Source: Selaginella moellendorffii (lineage: Eukaryota; Plantae; Lycopodiophyta). From it: 64,000 bases of DNA. The translations under genes were made by a program, and so were the position numbers. The number at the start of each line of letters is the position of its first letter. Positions within the stretch are counted from its first letter, which is position 1. The notes below the pieces were generated by a model. It was not told the DNA's origin and ran no database searches. It saw only the letters and a program-made list of their open reading frames with translations. Shown piece after piece: positions 1 to 11,854 of this stretch. The stretch spans positions 869,763 through 933,762 of the forward strand of contig NW_003314329.1 in the NCBI RefSeq assembly GCF_000143415.4, read 5' to 3'.

Positions 1-838
1 CCTCGTCTATCCGACCAACACTGCCTTGGCTTGTGCAAAGTTCCCTCATCAAGATTCCCGCCTATCATACCAGCTTTTACTTGGTCCTACTTGGTTTCAG
101 CTACTCACTACATGAGCAACGGAGTGTTAGCCATCCATTTACGGATTCCCAAATCTCTCCCAATCCCCCTCCTCGGGTTAGACTGGACTTAAGGTTCGGC
201 TACACTCCCCGCAGGCACAAGCAGCCAAGCACACCAAGCCTCCAGGTTCCTAACACCCCTTGGTACCACAAGACTTGATCATGGGACCCTCTAAATCCCA
301 AGCCTTGGGTGCAACACTTGCTTCGGGACATCGGGGCGAAACACCGTGGCTTAACGGCCCGGTATGGGTAGCTCTACCCCCCCATTTCCATCCCAAAGGG
401 AAGGCCCAAGCCCCTAGGCAGGGCAAGGACCAATGAGCCACAAGGTGCTCAAGTGGGGCACCATTCCACATGAGCTGGGAGCACCGCAGTCGGTTTCCCT
501 TTCGGGAGTGGGAGCTGCTCTTGAGCACTTCCCTGGGTGGCCCCTCCGACACCACCCAAGCCCATGCTCACACAATCTCGGACCCAATCTCGGACTCGAC
601 TTTGGACTCGAACTCGAACTCGGTCTCGGACCCAATTTGGGATCTCGGACTCTGTCTCAAACTCGGTCTCGAACTCGGTCTCCGATTCGGCCTCGAACTC
701 GATCCCGGACTCTATCTTGAACTCGGTCTCAGAGTCGGTCTTGGACTCGATCTTCGACTCGGTCCCATCCGATGAACTCTTTGTCATTTCGGTCATGCTT
801 TCGGGGATCCTTTAGCCTCGGGGAGTCGGTTCCTTACA
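1..838 (-). mobile_element. LTR of family B (Ty3/gypsy), cut by the window edge, with an internal deletion of about 200 bp
   Basis: Collinear with solo LTR 55900-57021 (position 1 corresponds to about 55939). Ends ...tccttaca at 838 and carries the 12-mer tandem array (about 575-770). Orientation taken from the PPT-adjacent copy ending at 59949. Confidence 0.8.
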
Positions 839-2460
839 ACAAACTTTTTATTAAAATTTAAGCTAACCGAAGTCAACTCCAACCCCTTCACTAGTTTGTA
901 CTGGCTTACAAAAACGGAATGGTTTTTGGACAATGTGATCAACAAACCAGCCATTACAAAAGTCTAAGAAAATTTATGAAATGCCTCAACTACACACCTT
1001 CTCCATCTAATAACTTACTCCAAGTGTTAATAAATAAACTGACAAGCCATAGCAAATGAATGCTATAACCTTTTCCAAAACCTTAATGGGCAAATTCCCA
1101 AGAAACAAGGAACCAACTTAAGCTTAGCATAATGGATCATCATTGAGAATCCAGTCAAAGGTACTACAATGCTATTATGTGCAAGTAGACTAGCTTCTCC
1201 ATCAACCACTTTGGGGTTGATCATCATTTAACCAAGTAGCTTCGTAAACACATTGTTCACTATCACATGGATATGATATAAAATCATAATGACTTGATTA
1301 TCAATTGAGCAGCACCATGAGTAATACCCATGTCACTACTACAAAGGTTTAAGTGAGTATCAAGTGTCAACTCAACTAAACAAAATGCAACATAAATGCC
1401 ACACCCCATTGATAGAGATTTATAACACTTTAACACCACTAACTTTTGTTCACAACACAGACAAGCTCATGCCACTCTTTTTCTGACCAAACTCAAAACT
1501 AATCCAACACCAAGTTATTCAAGAGCAATAGCAAGGTTCTTTGAAAAAGAATTGAGCATTGCAACCCAAGTCTTCAATAACAAACCTAGACAAGATGGTT
1601 TAACACTTCACTACTCTCCATTCTGTAACTCACCATTTACAAGACCACTATAGCCAACATGCATCAAGGTAGGGACTCTTGATTGTATATTATGAATATG
1701 AGCAATGAATCACACTTCGTTGCAAATCATCTCTCCAAGAAGAGAAAATGATTTACGTGTTTAATCCTTCGTTCCTAAGGACTCTCTTTTCGGTCTCATC
1801 TTTGACCAAACCTCAAGCTTGCTTTTGCACTGCCTTCAGTCCAATCCAAGAAATGTTTATGAGAGAGCATATCAATGACTACTTGAAGAAATAAATTAAT
1901 CCCTATAGTCTTGATTGATCTACTTATAATCATGCCTAGGAAGGATCCACTAATGCTGTGCTAAATAGCTACGGACCAGCCTGTTTGCCACTCATATCAA
2001 ACCCAAGGAAATTTGCTTTTACCCATGGTACATGGAACAACTCATAGAACCACCAATAGGCTAACATTAATCCTACCAACTCAAAGTGTAACTTCAAGTT
2101 GCTAATATGCCTCACTCATGAGCCCAAGTAAAAACTCATGTAAACAAAACAACTCAATCCCTCTTATGAGCCTAAGAGCAAACTCACATTATTATGGTAC
2201 AACAAGGTAACCAAATCCATAACCAAGGAACAATTGCGAAGTCTTAGTACCAAAATATGTACCCACTCGGATCATTGTTTTCATCTCTATGTATGCAACA
2301 AGACTGATTGCCCAATCTCATTGAATAGTTCTTGTTGAGACGTATCCTCTGATACTAAATGTAGCGCATATGGTTTTTACTCTTTATCCTATGGTGATTT
2401 ACTATAGAATAACCACGAAGTAGAACCTAAACCCTCCATATGCCACATGTCACATGCCAT

Positions 2461-4167
2461 TGTGAGACACAAATCCCTAAACCCCAAAGTGGAGCCGAAA
2501 GGGGTGCCACATGGTAGTGGCCGAAGTGAAAGCCAAACGAGCGTAACACGTTTGGACTAAAAGGCTCCGACTTGAAAGGTCGAGAGCGGGAGTGGAACTC
2601 CCAACAGAGTGCTCAAGGAATGAGCATGAAGTGAGCAATAAAAGAGTCTCTAGAAAAGGGACACAAGAGGACCAACACATGACACGAGATTGAGTCTGAC
2701 ATGGAGTCCGAGATGGACCCAAGATGGAGTTTGAGATGGAGTCCGAGATGGACCTGAGATAGAGTCTAAGATGGACCCAAAATGGAGTCCAAGATGGAGT
2801 CCAAGATGGACTCTAGATGGACCCGAGATGGAGTCCGAGATGGACCTGAGATAGAGTCCGAGATGAACCCGAGATGGAACCCGAGATGGAACCCGAGATG
2901 GAGTCCGAGAAGGACCCGAGATGGAGTCTGAAGTCGAGACCAAGACCGAGACCAGGACCAAGATCGGGACCGAGACCGAGACCGGGACCAAGACCGGGAC
3001 CGAGACCGAGACCGGGACCAAGACCGGGATCGAGACCGAGACCGGGACCGAGATCGAGACTAAGGCCGAGGCCGAGACCGAGCACAAGCCCGAGTCCAAG
3101 TCCGAGTCCGAGTCCGAGTCCGAGTCTGATTCCGAGTCCGAGTCCGAGTTCGAGTCCGAGTTTGAGTTCGAGTCTGAGAGGGTGAAAGCCCAAAGTGTTC
3201 GTCTCCCAGACCCTGGGGGGTTTAGTGAGCTCCAAAAGTATAGTAGGGGGAAGACTCCAGTGGAGCCAGTTTGGCTAGGAAAGGCCAGTTTGGCCCAGGA
3301 ACGCTGTACCTAAGTGTTGGGTGACAGGATAACCACTGGGAAGTCCAAGGCTAGAGTGAATATGGATTGTTAAACGGGGTAGCTTGGTGAAGTGTTCAAG
3401 AGCTAGCTCTAGTCCCTCCGGGAGATTGAATGGTCGATGCTCCTAGTCCAAATGTGGGTGGCACTACCTACTTGGATACCTGGCATAACTCAACAGAACT
3501 TTGCTCTAAGCCAATGGCTAGAGCACCCAAAGGCGGAAAGCGGGGGGAGTACCCACGAGGCTTACGTAAGGCCACAGTGTTCTGAAATGTTGTCCCAAAG
3601 TCCCAGACTGTAAAATGAAAGAGGAGCAGTCCTCTAGTGTGGTGACCAAAGATACGGTCATGTGGTGAGAAAGTTCTAGAGGACAATGGTACTTAGTGGT
3701 CAGGCTTGTGGGCCTTGTCCTAGTGGTAGTGTAGGCAAACTTGGCCATGGACAGAAAAGGGATTTAGTGGGGACTGTAAAAGGGACATTAAGGAAGGTGG
3801 TTCCCCCTGCATCTTAAGGATGCTAAGGAGTGGATTTTGGATGGTCACTCCTGGATAGATGGCCCAGTCGTTGAGAGATGGGACTGCAATGCAGGTGGTG
3901 TTGGACCACTGGTGTGACCAAGGTGAATGGGCATAGCCTTAGCGTAATAGGTTGGTATGTCGGTGGTACCTTGGGGTGTCGGTCTTGGGACTAGACACGT
4001 GGAGCACTTGGACCAAGTGCAAAGGATGAGTGGTATGGATGCCATTCTTGGGGCTAGCAAGTCCCAAGTCCTGAATTGGACTTAAGGAAGTTGTGAATGA
4101 GACTCCTCCAAGTGGTCAGAAGTTTGGTTAAGTGACTAAAGTAAGATGGAAAAATTAGTTGCTTACA
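2461..4167 (+). mobile_element. Solo LTR related to family B, nested in a family A LTR
   Basis: TG...CA ends (tgtgaga...gcttaca) with a 5-bp TSD gccat/gctat. The host LTR resumes at 4168 collinear with 39575 onward. Contains the 12-mer/6-mer array. Confidence 0.7.
2695..3180. repeat. Tandem minisatellite (GAGATGGAGTCC-type 12-mers grading into GAGTCC hexamers)
   Basis: Directly visible periodicity. Related arrays at about 575-770, 23440-23785, 56695-56940 and 59610-59865. Confidence 0.9.
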
Positions 4168-5199
4168 GCTATGTGTCCAAAGGATAGTGGTGTGGAACAT
4201 GAGTTTCAAGTCCTTAGGCCACTGAACGAAGAAACGGTGCCAAACTCCTAAGCATGGAGCCAAGGAGCAATGGCATTAGAACACTGAACAACTCCCAAGC
4301 GTACAGCCTAAGAAGCGAAGGGACAGGAGCACAGAGCAATTTGGAATATTCCTAGAGTAACCAGCATCCCAATGCTAAGACCAACATGCAAAATGGAGCC
4401 AAATAGAGTTTGGCACTATTTCGGCATACCAATGGCCTAACGTGAAGATATGGGTATTCCACCAGCTAGCATGGAATGGAACTTGGGCTTAGACCTAAGC
4501 CGAACGCAAAACAAGAACCAGGCACATAAACGAGAGTTAGACTATGCCTCAGGTTAGTTGGCCATGCCCGACTTACCCACTATCCCTACTATACATTTGG
4601 AACCCCCTATAGCCCCCCCCCCTCGAGAGGAACACACGCTTTGGGCTTTCACCCTAAACCTCCCTTAGTATCAGAAGTTAATCTTTGGGACAAGCTTGAA
4701 ACTTACTAAATATGGAATGTCTTTAGATTGTGAATTTGGACACGGGACAAACACCATTGTGTTCAGGAAAATCTCTACATTCTATAGATATGCCAATTAA
4801 GCATCTAAACACTTTCCATAAATAGTATTTAAAACTGAAATACGACTAACACAAAGGGCATAATAGCAAGGGTGTTTAACAAACACGGTAAACTATCATC
4901 TAATGATATTGAGGGACTAATCTTAATATCACGGGGGTTCTTGATACTAACAAGTGCAAGTTAATAACACAAGTTTCTTAAACTAGGCTGAATATGCTCA
5001 ACAAGAAACACATAGGTTTCCTATCTTATGTTTATCTAATCTAAGTGCATGGTCATTGACCAATTTCTCAACTAGCTCAAGTGAAAATTGATAATGGGTT
5101 TAGCAATACCGACCTTTTGCTATCGTGGCAGTAAAGAAAGAATATCCGAAAGGACTAGCCGACAGATAACTTTCAATACCCGAAGTCACATTTGCAACA

Positions 5200-6300
5200 C
5201 TTAAGGTGGAAATCCAAGACAATGAGCAATTTATGCCATAGATTATATATGCCTTTCCCAACAAAGGCAAGAATCAAAGAGTAGGTAGACCCCTTGTCTT
5301 TGAGTCGATATAGATTTCCTTCCCTAGGAGCTATAGCAACCACATCATGAGTTTATGCATTTTAAATGACACAAACTTGATGATCAAAACATAAATTGTT
5401 CCCCATATCAGCATCAAATCTTTGTGAAGGGTAAGAACATACATTACCCCAGTCAGAGTTAAGTTCCCATGAGATGTCTAAACGTTCATGTCACCAATGC
5501 CATGAATACCATGCTCATTGTTGTCTCCTACCTGCACAACATGCTGGCCAAGACAATTTCTATACTTGACAAAATGATATTTATGCCAAGATAGGTTCAG
5601 GATCAATCACAAAAGAGTTAGTTACCATGGCATTGTTGCAAAGCTTGGTTTTGACCTCAGCAACATTTTCTTCTTCTTGGACTCTTTGTTGGACTTCACA
5701 TCACTCTTCTATCCTTGTTATTGTTCTTCTTCTTCACAAATTGCTTAGAAGAGCTATCTCCTCATTGACGACACACATGACATGACTAAGTTGAAGCTTG
5801 TCAACCTACATCAAGTTACTTTGAAGAGAATGGAAAGAATTAAGAAGAGCATAAAGAACGAAATAGTTTTGAAGAGGAGGAAGCTTATTCTCCTTATCTG
5901 AATCCTCAATTTGCCATCCATGAACTGGTCAAAGCTTTTTGACTCTGTCATCTGGACATGCATTTGCTGCTTGTGCTTTTCACAGCTACAGCTTGCTGCT
6001 AGTGTAATTCTCACTGAGGGCGAGATCATCCAGCACACTCTTTGTGACTATGAGCCCGATTGTTGCCATGCCCTTGTCCTCGTGCCGACTCTAGGTATCC
6101 ACCTTCTGATGGCCTGCATCACCGTTGACAACACCCCAAACTCCCTCACCTTTGAGGATGAGCTCCATCTGGTGACTCCAGCTTGAGAAGTTTCCAGATC
6201 CATCAAAAATGGAAATGGAATGGCCATTTGAGAAAGTGATGGTGGCAGCATTTCCATCCTTTTGATCCTGCTCGGATACTATGACAAAGAGCCAGAATGA
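5200..6300 (-). mobile_element. Ty1/copia gag-protease relic
   Basis: Minus-strand IFDGSGNFSSWSHQMELILKGEGVWGVVNG (copia Gag N-terminus) and a protease-like VQVGDNNEHGIHGIGDM...LTLTGVMYV segment. Many stops. Confidence 0.6.
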
Positions 6301-6472
6301 GAACAAAAAATGAATAGGATCTTTTCAGAAGGAAACTGGAAACAATTGCTTCATGAAAGAAGAAAGAAACACTAGCTATATACTAGCTACATCTAGGAAT
6401 TTCTTCTGAAATTTGCCAGTTGAATGTGGCCCTTGATCTCCATGATTCAAGGTGCCTATCACAACTTGGATT

Positions 6473-8144
6473 TCGGCAACAACATGCGCCATAAGGTAGT
6501 GATGATCGACTTCTCGGAGCTCCAAGTGAGATTTCCTGCCTCGGATCGAATGAGCGATCAATTCTTGCTGTAGAATGAAACTGTGGATTTTTCTGAGGAG
6601 CTCAAGGACTGGGAATTATTGCCGTTTCAAACGTAAGCTTTGAATGGAATTTTACTTCCACGAGCATTCTTTTTGTGTTTTTGTCAGGTTCCGGGATTCA
6701 CTGAAATGCGGAGTAATCGTAATCTGTTAAATCTTGCGCAGAGGTATCGAGTATAGTCTCTTCTTACTCAATGTTTTCGATTTTTCTGTGCAGCCTTTCT
6801 TCTCTTCCCGAAAATGCTCTCAAGGAGCTAGAAGATCCAGCAAGCAGGTAACTCAAAATTTTCTAGCTAGAACTTCCGTATAAGCGGCTCGCAGATTTTC
6901 TTTTGGTTGGAGCCACGGAAAAGAGTTCCTAGAATCCGGCCAACTTGGTACGTATTCGTTCGTAACGGTTTTGTTTTCCTTCTTTCGAGTTCATATGTTC
7001 CTTCTGGTTTAGATGAGCTTAAAGCTTCGTTTTATGCGAATCCAATCGTGGACAGACCGACCGATGACCCAGCTCTCATAGAAAGGTTTGTTTACTTCCT
7101 TCTCACAAATTTTAACCGGTCTCAATGGACGCAGGTATCCATCTTATTGTCGAGCGAACTTATGGCCCAGAAAGGAGTTACCTGACCTTGAATCAAGTAC
7201 ATCTCTGTTTTCTCTTTACGTGGATGATGTTTTCTTCTATCACTTTGCAGGTTTTAAGAAACTCGGAAGCCTGATTGTAAAGGTTGGCCTGCACCTCGCA
7301 GCTCACTGCGACAAACATGGTTGAGATCCTTTTCCTGTTCGTCTCCTCTAATTTCCTGTCCCTTCAGTGTCTCGCAAGGGCGGTGATCCAAGGCTCACGG
7401 ACATGCTCAAGAACTCTTTGTGCCACAAAGGCCGTCTGCTCCATAATTACCCAAGGTTTCGTTGCTCCTCCTGCTGTAAATTTCTAAAAGCTTCTTGCAG
7501 CAAATGCTCAGGTACAAAGTCATCGTCGTGGTGTGGCTGGCACGTCGATCACGGATCTCTTACAGGCACGTTTTCAAGTTACGCGGTGCGTTTTTGTCTA
7601 ACTTAACTTTTTTTTTTGGTGCGTTAAAGGATTGACCTGTGCAATGTACACAAGAGAAGGAAGGAAATAGACTGTCCTGATTCTGAAGCAGGGCTTTATG
7701 TTAGAACTCGGTCTGGTGCAATTGTCAAGGTAAACGAAGTGTTCGTCCATACGGATCAAAGTGTTGAAAGTGTCTTCGTGTAGGCAACTTTCAGAAAGGA
7801 TGACATTGCTTACCAGGTAGGAGAAGCGACGGAGCTAATATTGAATGGTGCATTTCATGCGACACCACATTGTGTTCATGTACGTGTCTTTTACTTCCTC
7901 TTTCGTAGCAATGTCTATACAGACGGCTCAAGACGATCCACTTGTGGAAAGGAACACGTTTGCAGTGTTTATGCAACCTCACTGGTAACTCTCTCACTTT
8001 CGTAAATCGGCATGTAACTTGGTTCACGCAGGGACGAAGAACTTGTTTCGCGAGATAGGAAAACAGTTTCGTTTGGAGATTTCTCCCGAGTCCCTGCTTT
8101 CCACCTATTACGGAACAGCAACATCTTCAAGAGTCACCTTGTAA
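6473..8144 (+). pseudogene. 2OG/Fe(II) dioxygenase pseudogene (duplicate of 26179-27951)
   Basis: Near-identical to 26255-27951 including introns. Lacks the start region, has a 19-bp frameshifting deletion at about 6600 and a 1-bp insertion at about 8085. Confidence 0.85.
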
Positions 8145-8306
8145 AACTCGACGTTCCTTCAAAAACTACTGTGCTTGCGCGATCTATCCACAAATGTAAA
8201 GGGTTGCTAATCTTGGAGCAGCGCCTTCATCCGGTTGGGCAAGGTACGGCACTCTTGGTTACGTTTTAAGCTCAAGGGGAAAGAAACAGATCACCGACAC
8301 GAAAAG

Positions 8307-8591
8307 ATGGAGGCTGGACAAGTCAGCTGTGTGGCAACTCGAAGAGCTCTGGTTCTCACAGGCCATCTCAAAGAGATCGCCAAAGGGTCTTCGTTGGTGG
8401 TGCGCCAGCCGTGCCTGGAGTATTCTCCTCCGGAGCTCAATTCAGGTACTTTTTTTTCCCTTGGGTTCTTGGATTTCCTTTCATGTTTTTGATCTTCCAG
8501 GAGAGCCCGCATTTGATATAGAGTTGATGTGGGGATTGCTGGACGGGCACGATGCTCAAACCCATGCTTTTATCTTCAGTCTCATGTCTGA
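8307..8591 (+). pseudogene. 5' fragment of acyl-CoA oxidase (duplicate of 28146-28431)
   Basis: [21 protein letters not shown]..., intron 1 and part of exon 2, then homology stops abruptly. Confidence 0.85.
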
Positions 8592-8689
8592 CCGTGAGCT
8601 TTATGGAATGCTCACACAACGTTTTTTCATGGCACTTCAATGCATAATCATCATGTATTGCATTGCACTGCAAAATTTATTTGTTAATT

Positions 8690-8900
8690 TAGGATGCATA
8701 GTGCACCTAAGAATTGAATGCTTTTGGCGTGAAGTATGGACCAAAGAAGCTTGGTATTCCAAAGGAAGGCTCATGAAAATGGAGCAAGAGATCCATGGCA
8801 CATATACAGCATCTGCAACATGCTTTGTAGCTTTGTCTTTCAAGATTGGATATAGGACCTCCTAGCTTGGAGCCTCCACATGGTGAGAATAGTGACAAAG
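8690..8900 (+). mobile_element. Possible integrase-core DDE transposase fragment (IS3EU/IS481-like)
   Basis: VHLRIECFWREVW resembles the HNxRIERLWRDV motif of eukaryotic IS3-like transposases. Confidence 0.3.
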
Positions 8901-9539
8901 AAGCATGGAGGTTGGCTAACACATGTTCTTGCATAAGTTTTCCCATTCTACTTTAATTTCTTTCTTTTGAGCATTTTACGAGGATGTTGTATATTTGAGA
9001 TCACTGTCAGTTGGGACATGTGGCAATATGTTGGAGAGTCATAAACTCTAATAGTGTATGTTATTAGGTAAAAAAAACTGAATGTCACAATCAATGATGA
9101 AACATTTACAAATTCTTGAAATTCAATAATAATTAAGTTTAATATGAATCATGAATGTGAAACTATAAAATGTTTCACTAGTCTTTGCCACATTTACCAT
9201 GCCATCTAAAACCACTTCCATGCTAATCTTTGCCACATCTACCATGCCATCTAAAACTACTTCCTGCACTTGAAGACCCATGATGAGGTTCACTAGATCA
9301 AGCAGGTTGCCACCACAATTTGCATAAATCCTCTCCACTCCTCATTAGTGATATCAAATTACTACAATTTATAAAGTTTTAATTAACATTGCCACATTTA
9401 ATACCACATAAACTGCCTTTGTAGACAATGAAATGTGCATCGGATTGGACATTGGAAGCGAGGGCTAGGTAGGCGCTAGGAGCGAGGCAGCATCCAAGTA
9501 TTGAAATCCAGTACCTTGTTTCTAGAGCAATCCGATCCG

Positions 9540-10400
9540 ATCCTATGTTGTTGTCCTGGCCATGGCGCTGGTACAACGCGGATCCATTTGTATGGCCGAT
9601 TCCGCTCCTGCAGCATGCTCTGTGGGTATTGGAGCCCTGATCAAAATGCTTATTGTTGGCATTGTAAGAGGAAGACACTGTGGAGGAAGGGCTTGCCAGA
9701 TCATTTGGATCCTTCGTCTTTCCACAATCTGGAAAAAGAATAGGTAGGCTGTTTTTTTTCTGACTTGAGTTTTTACTGCATGTTCTACTGCTCAGGAAGC
9801 ATGCCGAGCAGGCCTCTACAAAAGTCTTCGAAGGGCAATGCGCCACCGCTGTGCTGTTCTAAGGTTTGACCCATGCAGGTTCTCTGTGTTTGTCGATTTA
9901 GAGTTTAATCCAGGATCGAAAGTACAGAACGGTGCTCAAGGTCACCCCTTGCCTGTTTGGACCAATTTAGGATCTCAAGCCAAGAGGATGAAACGTTCAA
10001 CAGCCGACTAGATGGAATGAAGCAAACGTTAGTGATGATGATCATGCACTTGCTGAGGACGTTTTGTTCAGATTCCTCAAAGGCCTTCCAGGCCCGTTTT
10101 TGTGTTGACTGAAGTACTGGATGTCTACGTTGACGACGAATTCACCAGGTACAGTATTATTCAAAGTTTTTCATCTCAAACTGTATCGCAGTGTGGCATC
10201 TCGAAGCTGGAATCGCAGAATATCTACTGCCGCTCTGAAAGTTTGGCTCTCCCAAGGTCAAGACATCAAAATGTAAGCGTCTATTGAAAATTCTGATTGA
10301 TCTAGAGACTCACCGCTCCCTTTCCTTTTCAGTGACACTGAAGCAAGCTCTGCAAAACTATCAAGACATTCAAGAGCTTTGTCATTTCTACCAGGAGGTA
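9540..10400 (+). pseudogene. Unidentified multi-exon gene remnant
   Basis: Series of about 50-nt GT-AG intron-like segments (e.g. 9743-9795, 10149-10191, 10273-10332) separating coding-like pieces that contain stops. Confidence 0.35.
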
Positions 10401-10978
10401 AGCTGGATCCTCTTTTTATGACGTAATCTTTCTTTTATAGAGCAGAAGCAAGTACCCCATATGTGGAGTTTAATTAATATTTCTCATTCATTGTGAAATA
10501 TTATCCAGGATTTCTCTAGTGTATATACAACTAGATGATGATATATAAGTGAAAATAATCCTCTTTTTCCTATGCACTATGTTCTTTTTCCATAAATGTT
10601 AGAGCTCCAACTGCCACTACAAGGAGCTGATATCCTTCTTCTACACAACATCCAGAGGAGTGAAGAAATCTACGTCGGGCAGGTGTGCAAACACGAATCA
10701 TGGGGACATATATCTAGTTCAAGAAACAGAGAACTGCTTGCTTTGAGGAAAACTTCACATGCATGGAGCTACAGCATATCCACATCTCCCACGTCATGAA
10801 GGTGATAATCATGAAGGACCTTGAGTGAGACACTGAATAGGCTGGGCCAGTGAGTGCAACACCAACAAAGACACCGACAACACAGCACTAATAATTCAAA
10901 CTGCATTTATACATCCATCAGTTTCATGCTTCAAGATGGGCACCATAGATAGATTTCAACTAATGCCGACCTTTTATT

Positions 10979-11854
10979 TTAAAATTTTTTCACAGTGTTT
11001 GTGGCCCAAGCAGCATAAAGTTTACCTGGGCTGGACTTAAACACATGATAGAGCACCACATTTCTATCTCTTTGCATAGTCACAAATGCATAGCATGGTC
11101 CATCACAGAACCTATCTAGTGACCATATAACAGCCTGACTTGGGGTTTCTTTGACAACCATGTTCCCATTAAGTTCGACTGTGAGATAGCAATCGACTCC
11201 TCTCCCACACACCCCATTCGTCCAAACTTGCCTTCGGCCGCCCTCATTCAAAGACAAGCTACAATCATCCTGGAGCATGAATGTGTAGATCAAATTCGGG
11301 GACTGAAGCTCAAAATTTCGACGAAGACCGTTGTAGAAGATGTTGTCCAGCGTTGTCAATTTCGCTTGGCAATCACCTCGATTGCTTCCAAGTAGAATCT
11401 TCGTTTGGCTGTGAAGTGTTTCCATCTGTTGATTTGGTGCTATGCGATATTGGACTCCAAACATCTCGGAGACTGCAAGCATGCTGCTGGCTAGAAAAAC
11501 TTGCATTTGACCTCTTGTATACATTACTAAGGATCGGATGATCGCTTTGATAACAAGGCCTCTCACGCTGATGGTGTTACCTGGATTGACATGGCAGAAA
11601 TCCAGATTGGGGCCTGTATGATAAGCCAAGATGACGATGTCGATCACAACGTTATTTGTCACAGTGATTTGATCAACATAAGCGCGTCCACTTTCATAGT
11701 AAGTATCATCGCCGAACATAATCAGATTATCAATCACTGCATCTAGAATCATATTGACATCGGCTGGTGTTATAGCATTGTGCTGGTCGGAGAATTCCCA
11801 GCGCATGGCTTGAACAACACTAAAATAGAAAAAAAGTGCTGAAATGAACTTCAT
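10979..11854 (-). CDS. Secreted protein: signal peptide, unrecognised N-terminal domain, C-terminal bulb-type (GNA) lectin domain
   Basis: Intact intronless ORF with ATG at 11854. Signal peptide MKFISALFFYFSVVQA. B-lectin repeats LQDDCSLSL / ELNGNMVVK / MQRDRNVVLY...WATNT. Confidence 0.8.
   Translation of the reverse strand: MKFISALFFYFSVVQAMRWEFSDQHNAITPADVNMILDAVIDNLIMFGDDTYYESGRAYVDQITVTNNVVIDIVILAYHTGPNLDFCHVNPGNTISVRGLVIKAIIRSLVMYTRGQMQVFLASSMLAVSEMFGVQYRIAPNQQMETLHSQTKILLGSNRGDCQAKLTTLDNIFYNGLRRNFELQSPNLIYTFMLQDDCSLSLNEGGRRQVWTNGVCGRGVDCYLTVELNGNMVVKETPSQAVIWSLDRFCDGPCYAFVTMQRDRNVVLYHVFKSSPGKLYAAWATNTVKKF

Larger units (their letters stand above)
839..5199 (-). mobile_element. Family A LTR element: 5' LTR (2360-5199, interrupted) plus decayed internal region (839-2346)
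   Basis: LTR tgtagcg...tgcaaca is homologous to 39465-40554 and 12863-18795. A Met-tRNA PBS-like sequence (plus strand ctctgatacta, 2347-2357) abuts the LTR. The internal region aligns with about 21650-23190. Confidence 0.7.

Noticed and set aside
2695-3180. CRISPR-like array
   Set aside because: Head-to-tail 6/12-mers without unique spacers, eukaryotic context and no cas genes.
414-3313. Low-complexity ORFs (RPRPGP, ETETG, LGLGL runs) at 414-815 and 2650-3313, and likewise at 23543-23836, 56611-57077 and 59390-59917
   Set aside because: Open in several frames on both strands only because they overlie the stop-free LTR minisatellite.
9183-9265. 45-bp period tandem duplication
   Set aside because: Only two copies with no further structure, so ordinary slippage.
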